Below are positions 47,427-57,533 of a DNA stretch of 64,000 nt, piece after piece (the stretch's first letter is position 1; each line of letters starts with the position of its first letter). The DNA is taken from assembly GCA_040437565.1 (NCBI GenBank), contig JBDOQK010000058.1:62001-126000 (forward strand), read 5' to 3'. The notes under the pieces were generated by a model, which saw only the letters and a list, made by a program, of their open reading frames with translations, made no database searches and was not told where the DNA came from. Position numbers and translations under genes: made by a program. The stretch is from Albugo candida (taxonomy: Eukaryota).

Positions 47427-47642
47427 ATGATTTCAACATGTGAAATATGACAACATCAAAATCGCAACTCTTCTCTATGCAGAAATGGTGGTGGCTCCCA
47501 TTTCCGCATTATCTGCGCGGTTCTGACAGAGGAATTAAATGGTTTAAATGATTGAATTGAAACTTGTAGACTATTGTATAAATATAATCAAATCTTATAG
47601 TGCTGTTCCATAACCGTAGTACCGTATCTCTCACTTTTCATC

Positions 47643-48689
47643 ATGACGGAATGCGCAGAACAATTGGATCAATTGCTTTGGGAGGGTCAAATTCCAGTCT
47701 GTTTCTCTCTAAATGCTTCAGAAGCATCCGTAATGAATCCACCAGAGCCATTCTACGTACGTGAGAAACATTTCATTCATAAGTGCGCTTTTTAATTGAA
47801 CTCAGGCGATGATTCCGCGCTTGAGTTATCTCCCTGCATATATCCAAGGCGTAATAAGTCATTTCAAGCATGCGATCCCTTCTATTCACCTTGGCAATGC
47901 TTTGAAACCCAACCAAGTCTGGTTTGACCATGAAGGAATTCCTTTGAAATGGCATTATCCTGTTGGTGTTTTATTCGATTTATTTCTCACGGAAAGGAAC
48001 CAACAGAAGCCCCGATGTCCATGGAAACTCGGCGTACATTTCCATTCGTTTCCGAATCGAATGGTACATTCAATAGACATTCATACAACAGTTTCCAATG
48101 TTGCAGTTTGTAGGTGCTGCCTCTGGAAAATGAAAAATCTATCGAGAGTCATTTCATGCAAAGTTTGAAGCAAGTACGTTGATTTCACGCAAGTTCAGCA
48201 GCAGAAAGTGATAGATGTGCTATGAATAGTCTACATTTGCGCGTCTTGGGAGTAGCAAACTCATTATGCGCATGTCGGAAGCACAACAACGCCAAATGTG
48301 GCAGAGTGTAGTTCAAAGTATGTTGCAGTATAAACTTATAAAGGCTCCTTCATAATGCGTTTTTTGTTGCAGGAAGTGGAGCGAAATTCAATGAAGCGAT
48401 CAAAGAATTGTACGATACAAACACCGCCGATAGCCCGATTCCGGTCCGTTTATTGGTCGGGAACGCGCCTTTTGTTCAATTACGCGTGCTGCCAGAAGAA
48501 CACGGTACGCTCCAAAAGTTGTTATGTTGGGCGTGGAATGGATCTTCCACGGATGCTGGAAATGTGGATAACGTCATGATTCATGGTGTCCTTGTACCGA
48601 CGTCTTTGGCAGTAGCGCTGGTGTACCGCTACTTTGCGTATCCGGATGGTTTCTTGTACATTGTTGTTGGAAGGTTGCAGGAAGAGTGA
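47643..48689 (+). CDS. ATG5: Autophagy protein ATG5
   Basis: Five exons (introns 47757-47805, 48064-48113, 48174-48229, 48318-48372). Motifs: LWEGQIPV, PRLSYLP, PLKWHYPVGVLFD, PWKLGVHF, FMQSLKQ (conjugation Lys), YPDGFLYIV. Confidence 0.96.
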
Positions 48690-48734
48690 TGGGTCGTTAA
48701 GGTCAAGCCTGGAGAGACACTTATAATCGCGATT

Positions 48735-51206
48735 ATGAGAGTGTTTGTCCATGATCTAACAACGACGCTGGGGAAGGAGCTAATAGCGTTATTTGAAAAG
48801 ACGGACGATGAAGAAAGATATCAAATTGTTGGAGCTGTTTCAAAGCAGAGTCAAGTTGCACAATACACCAGTCGACTTACTAGTGGCAATGTCGCAACCA
48901 TTGAGGAGCCAGTCGTATGGATTGCTGATTCCAAGAAACTGGAGGAAATGGTTAAGAAGTGTGATATTGTTATCGCATCGATAATACCATACCTTCCACC
49001 GCCATTGTCGTTTGAATTTCGTGGAGCCAAAGGATTGGAAGATGCGAGCAATACTGTTATAGTGCCAACCAGTCCGCCAGGATTGAAACACTCTGCATTG
49101 GAAGTTTTGAAATACCTCACAGTGGGCTGTGAACAATCGGCAGAAGCCAATACAGATATTCCTCGTCGGTTTATCGCGATCTCGAGTGTTTTATCCTGGG
49201 GTAACAATGATGCTTATTCAAAGACAAAAGATCGGCTTTTTTACAAGGAAGAGCAATTCAAAATACGAAAGCCAAACAAGCGATATTTGAGTTTGAAGGC
49301 TATTGAGACACAAATCCTATCAGCAAAGAGACCAGGTAAATTAGACACATTCGTGATTGGTGCGGGACTTATTTACGGAGGATTGGAAACACAATTGGGC
49401 CTTTTGTTTAAGAAAGCTTGGATGCATCCTGATCAAGATTTGATGGTTCCATGTGTGCAGCAGACGCTGCATGGTGGCAATCGTATACCGAGCATTAGTG
49501 TGTTTGATCTTGCAATCTTCACGCATGCGCTTGCTTGCATACCAATTGCTTCTCAGTCTAAGCAGTACTTGATCGCGGTCGATACCGCATCGAAGCGTGT
49601 CACATTACGGGATGTATGTCGTGGGATAAGCTGTGCATTGGGAAATGGACGTATTCGCATTGTGGACGATGTTTTGAACGACAGACAGCTTAGTGAATGG
49701 ATGATCACGGAGGATGATGAGCAGTGGGAACCGCTTCAATTGAATTTGTGTTTTGACGTCGATGAATCTCAGTTGAATATGATTTCGGAGGAAAATGGCG
49801 AAAATAACGAAAATGGGATCAAAAATGGGACAGAGTTTCCTCTGATGTTTCAGATTGTCGATTCCAAACGCTGGAAACACATGGAAGGTGGTCTTCTTGG
49901 TCATTTAACGTTTTTCGTCAAAGACTTCATACAGCAATTTGACTTAAAGCCGACCAAGATCATCGTATTGGGATGCCCCCAAAGTGGGAAAACGGTACTG
50001 AGTCACAAATTAGCCTTCGAGTATCACGTCGAGCAAATCACAATGGGGCAATTGGTGCTGAACTTGCTTACTTTGGACCCAGCACCTGCGTCCATGCAAA
50101 GTATTCAAGATCAAATACGGACATGGAAAGAGACAATGGAATCGGAAGATAGTACCGCGAAGCATTTTTCCGATGAAGAATGGACACATCTTGCGTTAAA
50201 AGCGCTCGATGAAGGCACTCTGGTAAAGCTCGTATGTTGGAAGCTTTGGAGCCCACGATGTCGGAATCATGGTTACGTTCTGGATGGATTTCCAGGATCG
50301 TCTGCACTTGCAGAAGCGCTCTTTGCTGCAGATAATTCAAGATTCCAACTTTTGACGGAACATTTGACAACTGATCTGACAGCTGAAAACGAATCTCCAG
50401 TCGAGGAAGAAGCAATCATAACGGAAGAAGAGAGGCTGGAGAAAGTATTGGCTTCTCTACAACCCATGGAACGTTCATCATGGCCAAATCGAGTGCTTAT
50501 GCTGCATGTGACCCGAGAATTGGCAGTGGAAAGAGCACAAAATCTATCTGAAGAAATAGCTATTCGCACTGGCAACACGCAACTCGACTTTGAGAAACGA
50601 TGGGAAGAGTTTGAGCAGAAGAGAGACTCACTTTTACACGTATTTGAAACCGGTTTGACAACTTCATCTGCGGAAGCAGACGGAGCTCAATCTGATGCCA
50701 TAACACCGGTGAAACATGTCCTCGATCAAGACGATGAGCGCTCAGGTATCGAAATATTCGAGCTGCAACTTGAATTCCCAACCGCTTACATGGAAGAGTA
50801 TCTCTACGCCCAACCTATCCGTCAATACATCGAAGGAGCGAATCCCCGCCATAATTTCCACCCGACGACCACCGAGATTCAAGAATTCAAGGATCAAAAG
50901 GCTTTAAAAAAGCACGAAGAAGAGCTCAAAATTGCAAAATTGCAGCAAGAGGAAGATGAGCGTCTTGCTGAAGAATCAATGCAAAAGCTTGCTGCTGATC
51001 AAAGACGTTTCGAGATCCTCGAGAGGGAAGAAAAGGAACTCCTTGAAGCTCGAGCAAAGCCATTACGAGAATACCTTATGGATAATGTCCTTCCAGCGTT
51101 GACCGAAGGTGTCTTAGAGATTGTCAAAAATCAACCAGCCGATCCCATCGATTATTTGGCGGAATTCTTATTTCGAAAAGCGGTCGAATACGAAGAAATC
51201 AAGTGA
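48735..51206 (+). CDS. AK7: Adenylate kinase 7-like (ciliary), with C-terminal Dpy-30 motif
   Basis: N-terminal Rossmann-like part (FIAISSVLSW, GAGLIYG), P-loop GCPQSGKT, CRNHGYVLDGFP, and PLREYLMDNVLPALTEG..QPADPIDYLAEFLF. Confidence 0.92.
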   Translation: MRVFVHDLTTTLGKELIALFEKTDDEERYQIVGAVSKQSQVAQYTSRLTSGNVATIEEPVVWIADSKKLEEMVKKCDIVIASIIPYLPPPLSFEFRGAKGLEDASNTVIVPTSPPGLKHSALEVLKYLTVGCEQSAEANTDIPRRFIAISSVLSWGNNDAYSKTKDRLFYKEEQFKIRKPNKRYLSLKAIETQILSAKRPGKLDTFVIGAGLIYGGLETQLGLLFKKAWMHPDQDLMVPCVQQTLHGGNRIPSISVFDLAIFTHALACIPIASQSKQYLIAVDTASKRVTLRDVCRGISCALGNGRIRIVDDVLNDRQLSEWMITEDDEQWEPLQLNLCFDVDESQLNMISEENGENNENGIKNGTEFPLMFQIVDSKRWKHMEGGLLGHLTFFVKDFIQQFDLKPTKIIVLGCPQSGKTVLSHKLAFEYHVEQITMGQLVLNLLTLDPAPASMQSIQDQIRTWKETMESEDSTAKHFSDEEWTHLALKALDEGTLVKLVCWKLWSPRCRNHGYVLDGFPGSSALAEALFAADNSRFQLLTEHLTTDLTAENESPVEEEAIITEEERLEKVLASLQPMERSSWPNRVLMLHVTRELAVERAQNLSEEIAIRTGNTQLDFEKRWEEFEQKRDSLLHVFETGLTTSSAEADGAQSDAITPVKHVLDQDDERSGIEIFELQLEFPTAYMEEYLYAQPIRQYIEGANPRHNFHPTTTEIQEFKDQKALKKHEEELKIAKLQQEEDERLAEESMQKLAADQRRFEILEREEKELLEARAKPLREYLMDNVLPALTEGVLEIVKNQPADPIDYLAEFLFRKAVEYEEIK

Positions 51207-51267
51207 TTGAATGCATCCGATTGGTCAAAAAGTGTCTGTCATAGCAGCCGCTCATTTATCGCATTCC

Positions 51268-52656
51268 ATGTCGACGTTTTTAACTCGTCCATTTGTTTTG
51301 TCAGCATCTCGACTTTCCGGCGTTCGCTTTGGAAGTAGTGCTACTACAATCCAATCTATCCATGCGCGAGAGATTCTTGACAGTCGAGGTAATCCGACGG
51401 TCGAAGTGGATCTCAAATTGTCCAATTCCGACATTACTCATCGAGCATCTGTGCCTTCTGGAGCCTCAACGGGAATTCACGAAGCAGTGGAAATGCGTGA
51501 TGGGGGATCACGATATTTAGGGAAGGGAGTTCGAAATGCCGTCAACAATGTGAACAAATTGATCATGCCGAAACTCAAAGGAATGGATCCCACCAATCAG
51601 CGTGAGATTGATACGATATTGCTTCATTTGGATGGAACCGAGAACAAGAGTAAACTTGGTGCAAATGCGATTCTTGGAGTCTCGCTAGCGGTTGCAAAAG
51701 CAGGTGCAGCAGCTAAACATATTCCTCTATTCCAACATTTTGCCGATCTCATCAAAAATGAACATCTGGTACTACCTGTGCCCTCACTTAACGTAATCAA
51801 TGGTGGATCTCATGCAGGAAACAAACTCGCATTCCAAGAATTTATGATCATGCCGACCGGAGCGGATTCATTCTCGGAAGCAATGGCAATTGGCAGTGAA
51901 GTGTATCATCATCTGAGAAACGTGATCAAGAAAAAGTATGGCCAAGATGCCACAAATGTCGGCGATGAAGGTGGTTTTGCTCCGAGCATCCAAAGCAATC
52001 GCGAAGGTGTCGAGCTCCTAATGACCGCCATCGAGAAAGCCGGTTATACCGGTAAAATCGATATCGCAATGGATGTGGCGTCTTCAGAGTTTTACACTGC
52101 CGACAAACAGTATGATTTGGATTTCAAAGGCGGAGAGAACAAAGATCAAACACAGCTGCTTAGCGGAGAAGCGCTTGGACAATTGTATCAAGATTTGATC
52201 AAAGAATTCCCAATTGTTTCCATCGAAGATCCATTTGATCAAGACGATTGGTCGAATTATTCTCAATTGACAGCAACGATTGGTCAAAATGTCCAGATTG
52301 TCGGTGATGATTTATTATGTACGAATCCAAAACGGATTAAGACGGCTTTATCGAAGAAAGCATGTAATGCGCTTTTACTGAAAGTGAATCAGATTGGAAG
52401 TGTGAGTGAATCCGTGGATGCAGTGGCGCTTGCGCAAGAGAATGGATGGGGAGTCATGACAAGCCATCGAAGCGGCGAAACTGAAGATTCATATATCGCG
52501 GATTTGGCCGTCGGATTGAGTACGGGTCAAATCAAAACGGGCGCTCCATGTCGATCGGAACGTCTCGCAAAGTACAATCAATTACTTCGTATCGAAGAAA
52601 TGCTTGGGAAGGATGCAAAGTACGCAGGCAAAGCTTTCCGTAACCCAAAGCAGTAA
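51268..52656 (+). CDS. ENO: Enolase with mitochondrial targeting presequence
   Basis: [67 protein letters not shown], preceded by [24 protein letters not shown]. Confidence 0.97.
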   Translation: MSTFLTRPFVLSASRLSGVRFGSSATTIQSIHAREILDSRGNPTVEVDLKLSNSDITHRASVPSGASTGIHEAVEMRDGGSRYLGKGVRNAVNNVNKLIMPKLKGMDPTNQREIDTILLHLDGTENKSKLGANAILGVSLAVAKAGAAAKHIPLFQHFADLIKNEHLVLPVPSLNVINGGSHAGNKLAFQEFMIMPTGADSFSEAMAIGSEVYHHLRNVIKKKYGQDATNVGDEGGFAPSIQSNREGVELLMTAIEKAGYTGKIDIAMDVASSEFYTADKQYDLDFKGGENKDQTQLLSGEALGQLYQDLIKEFPIVSIEDPFDQDDWSNYSQLTATIGQNVQIVGDDLLCTNPKRIKTALSKKACNALLLKVNQIGSVSESVDAVALAQENGWGVMTSHRSGETEDSYIADLAVGLSTGQIKTGAPCRSERLAKYNQLLRIEEMLGKDAKYAGKAFRNPKQ

Positions 52657-52852
52657 TCGCGTAATGTGTTGCATGAAGGACAGTGTAACTGAACTCTGGT
52701 TGGTCAAAATAAATAATCTCATTCGGAACTAACAGAGCGTTCTTGTGAGTTCATTTTCGGAATTTAAGCATGTTATGCTTAATACCAATGTAAACCACAG
52801 TACAACTAATTCGGACTTAAGCGACACACTCGAGTACATCAGCGCGGCTACA

Positions 52853-54792
52853 ATGTCAAGAAGTGCGCTCACGCGCCATGCGATGCAAAAATCGGTGGCA
52901 TCGTGCGCACAGGTGGCTCCGGATGAAGAAATTCCATATGTAAATGAAGATGAACACACACGACACATAAAGCATGATGAGTTACCGATGTAAGTAATCT
53001 TATTTTTGCAGTTTTGACTCCTTTTTGGAATCATTATTGTGGGTGCTACATCGCTCGGATCTTTCCACCGCACTTGGACGAAACTCGTACAATCAATCAT
53101 GGAAATTGTATATGATTGCGCTTTTGATGATACTTGCTCTCTTTTGTAGTTATGGCAATACCACAACATACAATCTCAACACGTTATTGTATCAAAACAT
53201 TCTGCATTCCGATTATTTCCGACAACTTTTGTACGCTCAATCCTATCCATCACTTCGTACTTATGATCTCTACTACAGTAATCTCAAAACGTACCATGAA
53301 ATCGTCGACGAAATTTACTATCGCGTCGACAATGCAGGTAATACCTCCATCCTCTTATACCCTGCCATTACTCATACACCAATATTGATAGAACCTCTAT
53401 GTCCCGGAACCGCGAGAATTCCATCGACGTGCTTTTGCTTGCTTTTAAAATGCTTCACAATGCGACTCACAATGCGGCAAATGCAAGGATTACTCAAACA
53501 CACGGTACCTCTTCCAAATCCAATTCCTTCTGTCAATCAATTGTGTGCAAACGTATAGGACTCGCCGTATATTCGCGTCGTTGGATTTCTCTATATTCGA
53601 TACGCATGTGACCCCGAAAAGCTCTGGTCATGGTTTGAGCCATTTCTGGATGATCAGGAAGCATTCAATGCTTCGGCAAATGTGAATGTACAAACGTATA
53701 AAATATTTGGCTGAGAAAGCGAATTGGAAGATTATCAGCTTCGATTTGTAGTACAATTGGCGCGTGGCTGAAATCGATTTTGGAAGAGAATAATTATTTT
53801 GGGACCATTCTGCCACGAATTCCCAAAAAGATTCAAGATAGTATTAAAGTGAAGGTGCTCTCCTTCCACTCAATTGCTGATACAAAACTCACTTTGATCG
53901 ATCAGTTGCTACTTCACGCGCGTAAGAAGGAACGAGAGAAAGAAAATGCTTCTATTACGCATTTATTGGAGCCTGGCGTCAAAATTCGAGCAATGTACGC
54001 CGATGAGGATAACGAACCAGCAGTATGTGTTCGTACTCACTTTTAAGCAGCTGTCTGATGACTTCTGCAGATGTATGACGCTGTGATCGACACTGTCAAT
54101 CAAGATAATACATTCTGGGTCACATTTCCAGAATATGGAAATCTGAAAAAGTCGGACTCGGTGATATCGAATTGAATGCTCCGAAATATCGTTTTACATC
54201 CAATTCACGTGATCGTCATCACCGGAAATCACGCAGCAATTCCCCTCGAGATTCAAGATCGCGCTCCATCAAAGGACGACATTCTCGACGACGTAATGCA
54301 TCTCGATCCGCTTCGAGATCAGCGTCTCGATCAAAGAAACGACCACGTCGCTCGGATCGAAGGGATCGCTCCTTCAGTCCAAGCCCAAGTCAGAGGTACA
54401 CGCAGATAACAAGTTGTCATTTACACTCTCATTTTCGTGTCATTAGTGAGAGCAAATCCAATTTAACGGAAGATCTCTTACAACAAGTCCGCAAAAAAGA
54501 ACGTCGCAAGGCCGAAGCTGTTGGAAGAGATTATGCTGCTCGTCCTGCCAGCTACAAAGGCTCACTTTCGCTCAAGTTGGACCGATTTACTATCCGTAAA
54601 CGTTCTGTCAGCCCGAAACGAAGAAATGACAAAATGAAAGCCCGAACGCCATCGACTCCCGCGATTGAAACGGATAGCCGGATAGAGGAGAGGAATATTC
54701 AGAGATCCAGGGAAGCAGAAGTGAGATTGCAAAAGTTGAGAGAGCTGTACGGCGATGCGTCTTCCAAGCGCAACGAACTTGAGGAAGAGTGA
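52853..54792 (+). CDS. PRP38: PRP38B-like splicing factor with Tudor domain and RS region (apparent 1-nt frameshift at ~54143)
   Basis: Multi-exon. Motifs: YNLNTLLYQNILHSDYF, EIVDEIYY, PSTCFCLLLK, DSPYIRVVGFLYIRY, YFGTILPRIP; Tudor IRAMYADED..MYDAVID..FWVTFPEYGN; then RS repeats. Confidence 0.9.
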
Positions 54793-55000
54793 CTATGTGG
54801 TGTAATATTCATAGTTTATATGACTATATCGCAAATATTTGGGCTTTCTGACAGCAATATAGCATTATTCTATCTAGCAATTACAAAGGTAGCCTCTTAT
54901 TTTACAGATGTTGCAAATAGTTACAGAATAGTCACAGTATCTATCAAGTATACTCTTTCTGACTGCTTGATAAACTATATTTACAATACTAGCCACTTCC

Positions 55001-55144
55001 CTCGCACCATTCATTTCATTTCNNNNNNNNNNNNNNNNNNNNNNNNNNNNNNNNNNNNNNNNNNNNNNNNNNNNNNNNNNNNNNNNNNNNNNNNNNNNNN
55101 NNNNNNNNNNNNNNNNNNNNNNCTCGCACCATTCATTTCATTTC
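55001..55144. repeat. Gap-flanking 22-nt duplication
   Basis: ctcgcaccattcatttcatttc occurs on both sides of the gap at 55023-55122. Confidence 0.85.
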
Positions 55145-55253
55145 TCATTTCTCATTTCACAATTTGATTGCTTTAATAACAGCCTTTGCATGCTCGATCG
55201 CATTGCATACAACGGTATAGAAAGAAGCACAACCAATCGAACATGCGTTGTAG

Positions 55254-55484
55254 TCACTTACGTCCCTCTCTGTCACGTACTCTCCGCCAACGAACGAGAT
55301 ATTTAATCTCTGCAAGAAACACTCTGTGTTCAGCTTTATCACATAGCTGAGTCCAATTTTTCTTCTTGCAATATGAATTGCAAGCCAACTCACCAAATGC
55401 CTTTTGTAGTCTCTTTGGTCTTGCGCTTTGCGACATTCTATTTCTGATTTTCAATTCTAATTGCAACGATCGAAATGATGCCAT
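55254..55484 (-). CDS. Small basic hypothetical protein (probable intron with gtgagt donor and ttgcag acceptor)
   Basis: MASFRSLQLELKIRNRMSQSARPKRLQKAF|EIKYLVRWRRVRDREGRK. No family recognised. Confidence 0.4.
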   Translation of the reverse strand: MASFRSLQLELKIRNRMSQSARPKRLQKAFGELACNSYCKKKNWTQLCDKAEHRVFLAEIKYLVRWRRVRDREGRK

Positions 55485-55511
55485 AAAATAGAGTGATTAT
55501 AATGATCCATT

Positions 55512-56108
55512 TCATTGACTACAATTCTCTGATCGATCGTAAATACTCAATTTCTGAAAAAGTATCGTCTTCTCATCACTTGCAAAGTGAAAGTGCCCGT
55601 AAACACTTTTTCCGCAGAGCACATGCGGCAGCCAAATGCGATCGTCCGGCCACATTTCATCATAAGGAAGATTTTTTTCCTCAAACCATGTAGGCCTCAT
55701 TTCCTCCGTTTCGACGCCCTCACCTCGCATCTTGGAGGTTACGTAAACGTGCACTTGCTGTTACATAACATGTGAAATAACGTGAGTCTTCTCCTCCGCA
55801 CTCATTCCTCAACCTCAACGTACCATAACACTCGGAACTCCCTCAAATGTAAAGTAAAGAGTTCCGTGAGGCAAAAGATCCTCCTCATCGACGTGAATCA
55901 TGGATTCCTCATACACTTCTCGAGCTGTTGCTGCCAAAACACTCGCATCCGAAGGTTCGACTTTCCCTCCAAAACCATTCCACTTTCCCCGGCCGAATCC
56001 TCGTTTCTTCATTCCAAGAAGAACCTCCTTGCATGAGGGTGACTCACGTCGTAGAAACGCGAGAGTTAAAATCCGATGAGGCAAATGGTTCCATTTTGAG
56101 TCTAACAT
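55512..56108 (-). CDS. NUDT1: 8-oxo-dGTP diphosphatase (MTH1/NUDT1), two exons
   Basis: VLLGMKKRGFGRGKWNGFGGKVE, Nudix box AREVYEES, ETEEMRPTWF, YDEMWPDDRIWLP. Confidence 0.95.
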
Positions 56109-56202
56109 CCTAACACGAATGAGTGGCTACGAAAGCGCGACTCAAAAGGTCGAATCCGTTACAAAATGTCCTTTAAAGATCTTAAACACAAAGCGCTGTT
56201 CC

Positions 56203-57497
56203 ATGACATCGCTTAATGGCGTCGATATTACACCGCTGGATGGCTGGATGGTCAAAATCAATAACAAGCCTTCTGTTTTCGGCAAGTCGACAAATCGCCG
56301 CTGGTTTCGAGTCTCTGAAATCCAATCGGATCAAAAGCCTTCCCTCTTGCTGACGTACGCGAGTACCAAGTAAGGTCTCAAAATTTCTTCCTCAATTACT
56401 CCTTAGAAATCGCTTTTAGAAATTCCAAAGAACCGCGAGGATCTTTTTTGTTGAGCACAGTCACAAAAATTCGATGCAGTCCGGTCATTAGGCTTGTGAC
56501 TTGACTCATTGTGTTCTTCTCATTTTCATCAAATTGAGTAGGAATGTATCGAACTTGTGACGCCAATGCGAACTTTGCGCTTTCGAGGTGAAAATGTGAT
56601 GGAACATCGACTTTGGGAAGACGCACTGGAGCGAATTTGCTGTAAAAGCGATCAAACGGCCAATTTCGACGCTGAGACATCACCGAAGGAGCTCAAGCCT
56701 GTGGATACTTGTCAAGACGCAGTAGAGTCTTCAGAGAATCCAGAAGCGATCCAAGATCAAGCGGAGTCTCCGGCCAGTTCCGAGGAGGAAAATGAGGACA
56801 TNNNNNNNNNNNNNNNNNNNNNNNNNNNNNNNNNNNNNNNNNNNNNNNNNNNNNNNNNNNNNNNNNNNNNNNNNNNNNNNNNNNNNNNNNNNNNNNNNNN
56901 NAGGAATGTATCGAACTTGTGACGCCAATGCGAACTTTGCGCTTTCGAGGTGAAAATGTGATGGAACATCGACTTTGGGAAGACGCACTGGAGCGAATTT
57001 GCTGTAAAAGCGATCAAACGGCCAATTTCGACGCTGAGACATCACCGAAGGAGCTCAAGCCTGTGGATACTTGTCAAGACGCAGTAGAGTCTTCAGAGAA
57101 TCCAGAAGCGATCCAAGATCAAGCGGAGTCTCCGGCCAGTTCCGAGGAGGAAAATGAGGACATTAGAGAGGAATCCGAATCCTCCGAGTCGCAGGCTGAA
57201 AATATCGTCAGCTCTATAAAAGACGATCTTTCAAGCAATCGGGAAATCGCGTTTAGTGATGAGGAAGAAGTCGCTAGTCCCACACACAATCTCGGCAGCG
57301 TGCAGATAGAGTCACCAGACGACTTGTCAGTCTCTGCCGAAGACAATCACCAAGAAGCCGATCCGGTGGACGTCGTCGAGGCTAATGTGAGTAGTGCTGG
57401 ATAAGGCTTCGACACGCTTATCATTCTTTCATAGACACTTCAATCTGGAGGCGTGAGGACCGATAAGGAATGGGTGACGGAAGATTGGGATGAATAG
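56203..57497 (+). CDS. PH-domain protein with acidic tail ending in EDWDE
   Basis: LDGWMVK..RRWFRV..LTY..EPRGSF..RTLRFRGE..HRLWEDALERIC. The last exon, 57435-57497, follows intron 57387-57434. An alternative start lies at 56119. Confidence 0.8.
56540..57163. repeat. Gap-flanking direct duplication (56540-56801 = 56902-57163)
   Basis: 262 nt repeated across the gap at 56802-56901. Confidence 0.9.
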
Positions 57498-57533
57498 TTT
57501 TTAATTCTATTTGCATTATCTGACCAAAGTTTA

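Noticed and set aside
37028-48689. VPS13-like and ATG5 as an autophagy gene cluster
   Set aside because: Only two neighbours in a dense genome of unrelated genes, so chance adjacency is likely.
51211-51267. Enolase start at ATG 51211
   Set aside because: Only 4 nt after the AK7 stop and upstream of an initiator-like element. ATG 51268 gives a clean presequence.
54143-54152. Programmed -1 frameshift at G AAA AAG in PRP38
   Set aside because: Not a proper X XXY YYZ heptamer and no evident stimulatory structure. A missing base is simpler.
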